The position numbers were made by a program, and so were the translations under genes. DNA of 57,114 bases from Prorocentrum cordatum (lineage: Eukaryota): contig CAUYUJ010000046.1 in the NCBI GenBank assembly GCA_963575745.1, forward strand, positions 62,001 through 119,114. Direction: 5' to 3'. The notes below the pieces were generated by a model, which saw only the letters and a list, made by a program, of their open reading frames with translations, did not search any database and was not told the DNA's origin. Every line of letters starts with the position of its first letter. Position 1 is the first letter of the stretch. Below are positions 23,313 to 37,200 of the stretch, piece by piece.

Positions 23313-25404
23313 CTACACCCGCTGCAAAGTGCGCTCCTTCACATACGCGCCCACCTCCTTCATCAGATCAGATGGCGGCACGTCCTGCTTGTGCAATCGC
23401 ATGGAGCACTGGTGGGCGTAGCGCATCACCTCTGGGTTGACATCCTGCGTCTTCGGGTTTGCGGTAACTCTCAGGGAAGGCATGGCGTTCTTGAGATGCG
23501 TCCAGAAGTTGTCGATGGTCCCCGAATGGACGCTGAGGTTCGGCCCCCTGCCCCTGCGAACCTCCCGCACCCAAACGCCCTTGCCATGGGCGACATGGCA
23601 ATGGGGCACCCGCAGGGAATTCGCAGCTGTTGGGCACAGCCGCGCACCATCTGACACCACGCAGTCCGTCTGCTTCGTGTGAACGCACTCGAAACCGCCG
23701 CAGGCCTTGACCCTCTCGAGATCCTCCACTGGGGGCGCAGACGCCCGCTTGGTCTTGCCTAGGGCCATCTGGTAGATGCAAGCCTGCAAGCCATGCCCAT
23801 CCTGGCGCTGCCGCTGGACGGCGCCGAAGAGCTGGCAGTGGCACCTGGGAGACAAGCCTGCGATGCAGAGAAGGCAGGACGAAGGGGGAAGGGGGAAGGA
23901 GGAGGGAGGGGGGTTGGAGGCGGGCGCATTCGCGCCGACATCATACCCCCCCCTCCTCCTTCCTCCGCCCCCTCTCCTGATACGCATCGCAGGCGAAGGC
24001 CCAACGAAAATAATACCTGGAGTCCTTCCAGCAGAACGAGCTACTGCACGTAGCATCCACCTCGACGATGTCAGACAGCTTCCGCTCAGACTGCAGGTGC
24101 CTGCCGTAGCTGGCCCCCGCATGGCCGATGTCGCGCGCGACCTTGCGGACGAGCTTGCCCCCTCCAATCCACTTGTAGCCCAAGATCTTGGAGACCATCT
24201 GCACAGAGGGCGGTTTGCCTGGAGTCTCACTATGCACCCTATAGCGCGCCTCCAGGATGGCCACGACCTGTTGCAAGCCCCCATCCCGCATGTTCACCTG
24301 CCGCAGGAAAGTGAAGCGCAACGGTGACCACCGCCTCTTGCAGCTGTTCCTGTCGCGTTTGGAACGCAAGGGGAAAAACTTGCCCTTGCAGAGCTCCATG
24401 TGCAGGCCCTTCCGCTTGCAAGCTGGGCAAGAGGAAGGCCTGCACGCCCACCCCAAGGTGCAGAGCCTGGAGAACGCCGTCTTCTCCCGCCTGGGGTTCG
24501 CACAGTCGAGAGTACCAAATTCGTCTTTGTCCTCGGTGATCCTGACCCTCCTCCTGTAGTTCCGCTGGTCCTTCAGGGTTTGCACCTGTTTGCGTTTCCG
24601 CTTCAGGCGTGTCGCGGAGCGCTGCCTCCTGCACCTTTTCCCGCGCCTTTCCCCCGCCCAGGCCAGTCTCCCTTTGGCAGGACCTCTTTGCAAGCGCCCG
24701 GCTTCAGCGGCCCTTGTACCTCTTCCGCTTCTTCCCGTTGCCGTGCACCCCTGGCAGGCCAGTGACCTTGACCCCGCCCGCGTTGTCCGCATCCTCCACA
24801 AAAGAGCGGATGTCCTTCACCGCATGGCTGCGCTTCACAAGAGCGTAGAGTTTCAGGGCCAACTTTTGGCAGGAATGGGCATTATGCCCATACTCACCGC
24901 ACACCTGGCACTGCCTACTGGGCCCTTTGCCGTTTTGCGGAGGCCTCTTTCCCTGGTTCTGGCTCCGCTTCAGGCTCGACCTCGTCGCCCTCGCCGGGCT
25001 CGAAGACCTCTTCCTCGTCCGACTCTTCGGAGGCGGACAGCCACTCTTCCGCCTGAGCAGGGGTCTGGGTCAGAATCCGTAGGAATCCGTAGGGATTCTC
25101 AGAATTCCTACGGATTCCCAGGGATCCCCAGGAATCCTGACGATCCCTAGGAATCGTAGGGAATCCCTAGGAACCCGTAGGGCACTGGTCAGGATGGCCC
25201 CACTTGCACGGCTGGACTCGGCAAGACATGCTGGTCAGGATGGCGCCAGTTCTGTCTTTTGTCTCCTGAAGCCTCGTCGTGGGGTTCCTGCCCCGGTTCG
25301 AGCTTGTCCTGGCGTTCCCCATTGCAGTCCAAACACAACGCCACAGTGCTGCGGAGGAGCACCCCAGGGACGTGCCTAGCACGGCACCAGTCACAGGCAG
25401 GCAT
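23313..25404 (-). pseudogene. Merlin / IS1595-family (ISXO2-like) DDE transposase with N-terminal zinc knuckle; 2 predicted introns, frameshifted
   Basis: CPAC Zn ribbon; VEVDAT, VVSDGA, HCHVAH and VHSGTIDNFWTHLK match the IS1595/Merlin catalytic layout; CQVCGEYGHNAHSC knuckle. ATG at 25404. Predicted introns 25053-25203 (CAA|GTGGGGCC...CTCAG|GCG) and 23858-24005 (C|GTTGGGCC...GCAG|GC) both restore frame. Frameshifts near ~24920 and ~24710. Confidence 0.85.
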
Positions 25405-25418
25405 CCTCCCTGAGCCGT

Positions 25419-25440
25419 CTCGGGCCAAAAACGGCTATGG
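25419..25440 (-). other. Degenerate DinoSL relic 14 nt upstream of the transposase ATG
   Basis: Minus strand CCATAGCCGTTTTTGGCCCGAG versus CCGTAGCCATTTTGGCTCAAG: four transitions plus one extra T. Abuts a CT-rich tract like the other two relics. Confidence 0.55.
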
Positions 25441-25825
25441 GAAGAGGGAGAGGGGGGGGGGGGGAGGGGGGGGGAGGGAGGAGGGAGGGAGGGAGGGATG
25501 GGTGAGAGGGAGGGGGGAAGGAGGGAGGCTCTAGGTCTCTTAGGGGACTCCTGGGCCCGTCTTGGGAGGCTCTTAGAGGGAGGGAGAGAGGGAGAGAGGG
25601 GGGGAGGGAGGGAGGGAGGGAGGGAGCCGTCTTGGGAGGCTCTGGGTCTCTTAGGGGTATCCTGGGTCCGTCTTGGGAGGCCTCTTGGTGTCTCGAGGGG
25701 CCCCTGGGTCCCACTTGGGAGGCCTCTTGGGGGTTCCCTAGGTCCGTCTTCAGAGGCCTGTTGGGGCGTCTTGGGGGTCTCCTAGGGCGCATGGATGCCT
25801 GATCCTGGTTTGTCCCCTACTGCTT

Positions 25826-26123
25826 TCCTCGGCGTAACGGCTTCGCCACCCAGCTATGGAGGATGAGGTAGTGCTCACAACTTGCCACGGATGAGGAGGA
25901 GCCGCTCCTCGGCGCAACGGCTTCGCCACCAAGCTATGGAGGATGAGGTAGTGCCCGCAACTTGCCACGGATGAGGAGGAGCCGCTCCTCGGCGTAACGG
26001 CTTCGCCACCCAGCTATGGAGGATGAGGTAGTGCTCGCAACTTGCCACGGATGAGGAGGAGCCGCTCCTCGGCGCAACGGCTTCGCCACTCAGCTATGGA
26101 GAATGAGGTAGTGCTCGCAACTT
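25826..26123. repeat. 80-bp tandem repeat, ~3.7 near-identical copies
   Basis: ggcg(t/c)aacggcttcgccac starts at 25831, 25911, 25991 and 26071. Confidence 0.92.
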
Positions 26124-26256
26124 CATCACATCAATCACCCATCATCATCAACCAACATCATCATCAACCAGCATCAGCATCAACCATCATCAACCATCAT
26201 CACATCACCATGACACAACATCGGCACAACCAGGGGTCTGTTGTGGACTCCGCTCG

Positions 26257-28530
<2,274 letters not shown>

Positions 28531-28959
28531 TACTAGGGCTGCTACGTGCTTGTTCCCGTAATCTTCTCTTCTCCCACCCCCCTCCCTCCTCTGTAATCTT
28601 ACCCTCCGCCGTCCTGCCCGTTGTTCCCTTCGTCCTTCTACCCCTCCGCCCCTCAACCTCCGCATCCACCATTATCGTTTCTCTCTCCTTTCCAATTTCG
28701 CCTCCCTCCCTCTTCCTTCCTCCGTGTTCCTCCTACCTCTCCCGTATCCTCCTCCTGAACCCCCCGCGACCTCCTCATCCTTCTTACCATCCTCCTCAGC
28801 ATTATCCTGTTCATCACCGCGTGTGGAAGAACAAAGGGTCCACCAGCACTACCATCACCATGCCCATGACGAATACTTGATATACTATCCCTCCCTCCCC
28901 GCCGCCCCTCCTCCTTCCTCGTAATCCTTGCTCTCCTTCTCCTCCTCCGCCGACCACCA

Positions 28960-29875
<916 letters not shown>

Positions 29876-29974
29876 CCCCCCAAACCCCCACACACCCCTC
29901 GCCAGGAGGAAGAAACGGGGAGACATTATCCTGGCGAAGGACCCATATGCAGTTGTGGGTACCGCAATGTTGAA

Positions 29975-31120
29975 TACCTTCTTCGGTGGAGCTCCCTATG
30001 GGGTCACGAAGCGCTGCACTGGGTGGGGGTAACGCTGTACTGGGTGGGTGAAAATGCCAAGCTGGGTTTCCGAGACGCATGCGGACGGTCCCACTGGGGG
30101 CTTCGGTGGAGCTCCCTATGGGGCCACGAAACGCTGTACTGGGTGCCAAGCTGGGCTTCGGGGGCGCATGCGAACGGTCCCACTGGGGCTTTCAATGGAG
30201 CCCCCCATGAAGCCACGATGCGCTCTACTGGGTGGGCGAAAATGCCAAATTACGTCCTGGGACGCATGCGGGCGGTCCCACTGGGGGCTTCGGTGGAGCT
30301 CCCTATGGGGCCACGATGCGCTCTACTGGGTGGGCGAAAATGCCAAATTCAATTTCCGGGACGCATGCGGACAATCCCACTGGGGGCTTCGGTGGAGCTC
30401 CCTATGGGGCCACGGAACGCGTCCCACTGGGGGCTTCGGTGGAGCTCCCTATGGGGCCACGGAACGCTGTACTGGGTGGGTGAAACTGCCACATGTGGTG
30501 TTTCGGGGTTGCGGACGGTCCCACTGGGGCCTTCGGAGCTCCCCATGGAGCCACGAAGCGCTCCACTGGGTGGGTGAAAATGCCAAATTCAGCTTCCGGG
30601 ACGCATGCGGACGGTCCCACTGGGGGCTTCGGTGGAGCTCCCTATGGGACCACGGAACGCTGTACTGGGTGGGTGAAACTGCCACATGTGGTGTTTCGGG
30701 GCGCTTGCGGACGGTCCCACTGGGGCCTTCGGTGGAGCTCCCCATGGAGCCACGAAGCGCTCCACTGGGTGTGCGGGACGCATGCGGACGGTAGCACTGG
30801 GACCTTCAGTGGGGCATCCTATGGGGCCACGAAACGCTTTCTGGGTGTGCGGGACGCATGCGGACGGTAGCACTGGGACCGTCGGTGGGGCTCCCTATGC
30901 GGCCACGGAACGTTGTACTGGGTGGGTGGAGGGCCACGAAACGCTGTACTGGGTGTACGGGACGCATGCGGGCGTTAGCGCTTAGACCTTCGGCGGGGCC
31001 CCCTTTGTGGGGCCACGAAACGCTGTACTGGGTGTGCGGGACACATGCGGACGGTAGCACTGGGACCTTCGGTGGGGCTTTCTATAGGGCAACGAAACGC
31101 TGTACTGGGTGGGTGAAACG
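29975..31120. repeat. Degenerate tandem array (~60-120-bp units: CTTCGGTGGAGCTCCCTATGGGGCCACGAAACGCTGTACTGGGTG...GGACGCATGCGGACGGTCCCACTGGG)
   Basis: More than ten recognisable variant units. Confidence 0.88.
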
Positions 31121-31402
31121 CAGGGAGGAGGGAGAGGAGGGAGGAGGAGGGAGGAGGGGGAGGAGATGGAGGAGGAGGAGGAGGAGGAGAAGGAGGAGGA
31201 GGAGGAGGAGAACGCGGGGCGCTGTCCCTTCAAAACGAAGACCCACCACTACAAGATGGTTGGGGGAAAACGGAAGGATGCTTTCAGGCTGCCTTGTGAA
31301 GCTCTTGATGCTTCTAGGGGGGGGGCTCCAGTGCACGTCGGGGGGTCCTCCTCCTCCTCCTCCTCCTCCTCCTCCTCCTCCGCCTCCTCCTCCTCCAGCA
31401 GC

Positions 31403-31470
31403 CTCCCGAGCACCCTGGAGCTGTCGTCCGCGCGGGCCAGCACGATCTCGACCAATGTGCACCGCGCATC
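31403..31470 (-). CDS. Host gene exon DARCTLVEIVLARADDSSRVLG(R)
   Basis: GAG|GAT acceptor and AG|GC donor; joins 32499 (phase 0) and 20762 (phase 2) in frame; aligns without gaps to repeat 1. Confidence 0.85.
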
Positions 31471-31889
31471 CTCGGCTCGAGGGGGAGAGGATGTGGACGA
31501 GTGAGAGGAGAAGGGGAACAGGGAGAGGAGAGGGAGGAATGACATAGGGTAAGAGGGAGAAGACGGGGAAGGCGATGGGGGAGGGGGGGGAATAGGGGGT
31601 GGACACGGATATGGAGGTGGGCCACCTCAAAAGAGGCAGGTCAAAGAAAAATGCTAAACACGCAAACGCATGGAGAGCATAAACCAATAGGTAGCGCGAA
31701 AAGTACGCATAGGTAGACAGTACCGAAGTGTGGATACTCGTCCTCCGTATCCTCCCCTCCTCCCAATCGCGCGTCCTCCTCCCTCTTCGCCCCCTCCTCA
31801 TCGTCATCCTCAGCCTCCTAGTTCAGCCTCATCCGCCTCCAACACCTCATCCCGCCCCTCTCCTCCTACTGTTCAGTTCATCATACTCA

Positions 31890-32375
31890 GAATCAGCACC
31901 AGCATCAGCATCAGCATCATCATCATCATCATCACCATCATCATCATGCTCAACATCAGCATCAGCATCATCATCGTCGTCATCATCATCAACAACATCC
32001 TCATCGTCAGCAGCATCATCGGCATACGCAGCAGCATCATCACCACCAACACCAGTTTCCTCGTCATCAGCAACATCATCATCACCAGCATCATCATCAT
32101 CATCACCATCATCAGCATCAACAACATCGTCATCACCATCATCATCAGCACCACCAGCATCAGCATCATCAGCATCATCATCGTCAGCATCATCAGCATC
32201 ATCATCAGCATCATCATCAGCATCATCGTCACCATCAACATAATCATCATCACCATCACCATCAACAGCATGATCATCATCAGCATCATCAGTATCATCA
32301 GCATCATCGGCAGCATCATCATCAGCATCAGCATCAGCATCATCATCATCAGCATCATCAGCATCATCATCATCC
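31890..32375. repeat. (CAT/CAG)n microsatellite
   Basis: Directly visible. Confidence 0.93.
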
Positions 32376-32498
32376 TTCCCCTCGCCCTCCTCGCCACCCC
32401 CCATAAATCTTCACATGCCCCCCTCCCCCCTCCCCCTCCTCCCCCCCCCCTCCCCCTCCCCCTCCTCCCCGACAGGGGATGCTCCAGGCAGGTCAGGC

Positions 32499-32580
32499 CT
32501 TGTCCAGTCCGAACTTTTTCATGACATCCTCCGCCTCGGCCAGGTCTGGGAGGCTCTCCACCTCCTCGCTGAGCAGGCTC
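32499..32580 (-). CDS. Host gene exon (R)SLLSEEVESLPDLAEAEDVMKKFGLDK
   Basis: GAG|G acceptor and AAG|GC donor; phase-compatible with both neighbours; protein-like composition. Confidence 0.85.
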
Positions 32581-32782
32581 CTCGCGAGGGGAAGACGGGA
32601 GTGGGGGAGCCCAGCGTGGGGCAGGGAGAGGAGGAAAAGGAGGAAAAAGAGAAAGGAATCGGAGGAAAAGGAGGCGTAGGAGGAGAAAGAGGAGGAGGAG
32701 GAGGAGGAGGAGGAGGAGGAGGAGGAGGAGGAGGAGGAGCCCACGCCTCAAGGAGGGATCCCCGTCCAGCCACATCGCTGCA

Positions 32783-34276
32783 TTACGCAGCACGGGGCAC
32801 GTCGCCCGCGGCCCACGCGGGGCCATTCCTCATATCCTCCTCCGCAGAGACGATCTGGTTGTTGAAGTCGTCGATGTGAAAGCTAGCGTCAATGAGATCC
32901 GAGCCAGCGACGGCACCGCCGCCATGAAGGCGCGGCCCCTCGACAGGAACGGGGCCATCAGGAAGAAGGGCACCGACTTCACTCACGGAGGGAGCTACTC
33001 CAGCGCCTGCATTAACCATAGCGGAAATCTCCGCATGTCGAACTTATGGGTCATCTTGATGATCATGAGATACAGCAGATGCGAAAGCCTCCGGCTGGGC
33101 CGTCGCGAAGACGTTGTCCTCCTCTCCTTCCACTTCCAAGAAAAGCGCCAAGATGTCCTCCGCGACCTCCATAGCCGCCTCTGTGCCATCGTCTGCCGAT
33201 GATGCAGCCGCCGAAGACACGATGGTGGCAGCGGCCTCAACATCGAGAAGACCGTCATCGCCATGAACTGCACGTCCTGTGACTTGGACATCTGCTTCGC
33301 CAACACCACCAGGTAGTTCGTGTCCAGGATGTGGTTCTTCGTGTAGCTGGGCCGATCCCGTCGGTATGTATGGCAAGGGCCCCCGAGCACGATTGGTGAA
33401 TATGTTGACGCGCGGGCGGGTGGCGTTCGCAACATGTGTCCCCACCTGAGAAAGATGAGCAGGGTTCGTCCCAGTTGGGTTGCGACCCTCGCAGTCCGAT
33501 CCCGTCATCTCGTGACCATGACCACGGCCTTCATCACCTTCCAGCACACTTCCAGGGTTCTGGAGCATCCAGGTAACAAGGCTCCGCTGCTCGTCCGAGA
33601 GGTCGAAGATCTCGTTCAGGTAGAGCAACGCTAGCGCCAGCTGACGGTCTGCGAGCGGATCTGTAGCTTCCGCACCAGACCGAGCAACGTGCAATGCATC
33701 ACGCACCGCAGCACTCCAATGCTGAAGACCCACCAGGGTATCTGCGGTTGCTGTGGCGGAACCAACCCCAGTAGCAGGTGCCAGTGCCCCCGACGCGAGA
33801 GCACCCGAATCACGGCCTGTCAACGTTCGATCCGCAAGTCTGTGCGCCGCCGCCGACTCGAAGATGCTGACATCGGAGCAGCTGGATGAAGTTGTCTCAT
33901 GGTGACCAGCACTGGGGAGCGGAGCAACGGGTGGCACCCAGGAAGAGGAAGCAGATGGGTCTGACGCCCCACTTGTATTCGCCCTCGAGCGTCTCTCGGC
34001 AGCCAGTACTTGAGCTTCGTGCATCTCGTCTGTCAATGTCAATCCAAAAAGACGAGCATCTTCATCAGCCGTCATCGCGGTGTCGTGCTGGGGGTAGCCA
34101 ACGGTGTCGACACTGCGATTGTCCTCATCGGGCAGGTACGGGTCATCACTGATGTCACAGTCACCCTCGACATGCGCAAGGTGCGGCAAGAGGTACGAAG
34201 GCGGGTTGAGCGACAACGGCGGCCCAGATGGAAAGACGTGGCGCAAACGAAGGAGGTCAGCCCTTTTCCGCATCAC
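32783..34276 (-). pseudogene. LINE 3' ORF / ORF2 extension (~500 aa, acidic, unknown function)
   Basis: ORFs 33044-34276 and 32783-33019 are in the same frame, separated by a single TAA at 33044-33046. Overlaps the end of ORF2 by ~20 nt (likely a frameshift). Confidence 0.55.
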
Positions 34277-37200
34277 TCATACGCGACATGTCAGCAGCAC
34301 AGTCCCTTTGCCGAAGATGCGCAAGGGCACGTTGTCGTAAGGTGCGTACGCGCCAATAGTCATTGACGGGCCACGGTTGACTAAGATGAAGGCAGGCCTG
34401 TTCCCTGGGGATAGCCGACGAGTGCAATCCACTCATGCAGAGCTCGATCGCCAGATACCATCGCTCCGGCGCGCATGTCGCTGCGTCCCCAGCACCACGC
34501 GATGGAGAGCTGAACAGAGACCGAAAGTCATTATAGCGTAATACATCTGCAACGTAAGGTACGCACCACTCCATCCATTGCTGGAAATCAGATCCAGAGA
34601 AAGACACATATAGCGAGGGCACCCATTGCTCTGACCAGCGCGAAAAAGCATCCAGCAGCATCAGTCGCCTCCGATGTCCTTGATCGCCTTGCTCCCCCAG
34701 AGGAACATGCCGCGGCTGCGGGTCCTGAGCAAACAGCGAGTCCTGCACGTGGTGGTCACCATAGAGCGGTGGGAGCCACGAAGCAATCAAGCGTGGAGAG
34801 CTGAGCGTCACCGATTCCACAGCCGCTGTTTCTGCCGATCCAGGGTGCACAGCAAAGTAATCCTGATGACGAGGCCAGCCACGTACGTGCATGCGTTCGT
34901 CCGCACATTGTCTCAATGCAAACAGCCGCGATGCATCTGCCCCGCCCCATGTAGACGCTAGGTGATGGGGGAGTCGAGCCCTCCCCAATGCCGAGCTGTG
35001 CCACGCGGCATGACACATGCTGGAGCCAAGAGTGCGTCTTTCCAGCAACGTCCCCACCGGGGTAGCAAACAACCCACAGAAGGCCCAGTATTGAAACACG
35101 CGACTGATAAACTCTGTGCCCCAGTTCATCCAGTCGTCGAAATCGCTGCTGGCGCTGGGCTCCAAGAAGAGTGAGGGAACCCAGTTCCGCGCCCAAGACT
35201 CCAGCAGCACTGCGAAGCGTGCCAACCTCCGAAGCATGATGGGGCCAGCCCCAGCTGGCGGTATGGCAGCGAACCTGGCCTCGCAAATGGAATCCGGAAA
35301 ATGTACGCGACGCGGAAGAGTGTCGTGTAGGAAGCGGCGTCCGATTGGCAACATACCGAGAAGATCATCCCACCATTCATGCACGACCGATGGTGATTCG
35401 AGCATACAGACAGGCAGAGGGTCAGGTGGTACAGGAGGGCGGCGCGCGACCCTGACCCGCCCTGCCGCAGGCGAGGCAAGCGCGCGGGTCCGCACCGCGC
35501 CTCTCCATGTTGTGAGCAACTGATCAGGATGCACACGGTAGAGGTGCCGAAGGTTATGATAAGCAGTAGTAGCCAGATGCGTGTTCATCAGGTCCTCATC
35601 GTAGCAACCGCGAAGACCCCATCGATCAAGAACGTGTGCAGGCAAGTATCGCCGGCCTCCCGATTTGACCATTGCAAGACCCCATGCCAGCCCACGACAT
35701 TCCCAGTAGTGTCCCATATCGTCACGCTCGCCAAAACACCCGAACAGGCACGGTTTGACCCCATCTGCAGACGTAATGCGAGACGAGGTTAACCAACCGC
35801 CACAAATCGCACGGATGATGCTGGTGGCCCAAGCGACTGGGTATGTCGTCAACTTCTTGCGAAGGGTTTCCCAATCCAGGGCTTGAATCTCGCTGCCGAG
35901 CCGCGGGAACCATTTAGTCCATCGCTTGATAAAGGTGGTGGCCAAGGGTGCTGTGCATGAGGACTGCAAGGGGAGGTGTGCACTAATGTACTCAGCTGTA
36001 AAGACCCGATACGCAATCCGCTGAAGATGCTTTTTGACTGAGCTATCGTTCGCCAAGGCGAGACGAGCAGCCGCAGCACCTGTTGATGCCGAGAACTTGC
36101 AGGCTCTCTCCAGAAACTCGGCGAAGGACAGTAATTGCCAAAAGGAGGGCGAGAGACCACCACACAGATCTGCCACGACGCGCTCATTGATCCACCTCGA
36201 TGAGGCTCTTTTCAAGAGGGCTAGATACGTAGCATGTTCAGGGTGTGTGACAATCCCAGACCGAATCAGCGCAGACTTCGCTGACATGGGCAGACTGCGG
36301 AGACGTGGTCCTCCCCGAGCTCCGGGCGCCACCAGGGAACCTCATCAGCTTCACGAGCACATGGATGTCCTGACTCTTCAACATCCTGGGGGGCGGCAGG
36401 AATTGTGCCACAGAACCCACGATTGGCAGGCATCTCGTCGTGTAGTTGATGCCATTCAGGCTTGCTGGGGCCGCAGAGGCGGCAAGGGAGCTGACACGGG
36501 CGCGGTATTTATCCCGTGGCGCCGACCATGATTGAAGGAGCGTAGCCGCTGGACCCATCCACATCCCCAAATTCAGGAGAGTAGCCTCGACTTTGAAGGA
36601 AGACCAGTGCGCCAGCTGATGGCGCAGGAAGTCGCGCACACAATGCCGCAGCTCGGAAGAGAATGTGCCAGCCAGTGGAACGATCACGCACGTGGCGGGC
36701 TTGAGCTTTAGGCTGGCCAGCTTGGCTGCCACCGCCATCGCACGCGATAAGAACTTCAGATCGATCATCTCAAACAGTACTCCCCCGATATCATCAGCAC
36801 AAGCCCGAAAGACACCGCGCTGGCGGAGTTCGATCCCCTGCCAGATGTCCTCCAAGATCGGAGAGGTAGCTGCCGCGAACAAGCTCCCAGCTAATGCACA
36901 GCCTTGAATGATCCCACACCAGATGCGGAAGAGAACCTTAGTGACCCCTGAAGCCCTGCCCAAAGCAGTGACAACCGCATGGAGAGAGCGCATCGCCTGT
37001 AATTGAGCTGACGGCAGGTGAAGGTGCTCAAGAAGGATGAAAAGGTAATTCTGGCTGAGGCTGGGAAACGCTTGTCCAAAGTCGAGAGCGACTAGCAGCG
37101 GCATCCGTTCCAGCGGGTTGGGCATCATCGACGCGGCTCTGGCAGCCACGTCGAGCTCCAGAATGTTTGAGGTAAATTGGCGGCCCGAGATAAAGCCTCG

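Noticed and set aside
23313..25404. Fanzor/TnpB RNA-guided nuclease
   Set aside because: Zn motifs are present, but the catalytic layout (EVD...SDG...H..V.H...TID.FW..LK) is IS1595/Merlin DDE, with no RuvC I/II/III pattern.
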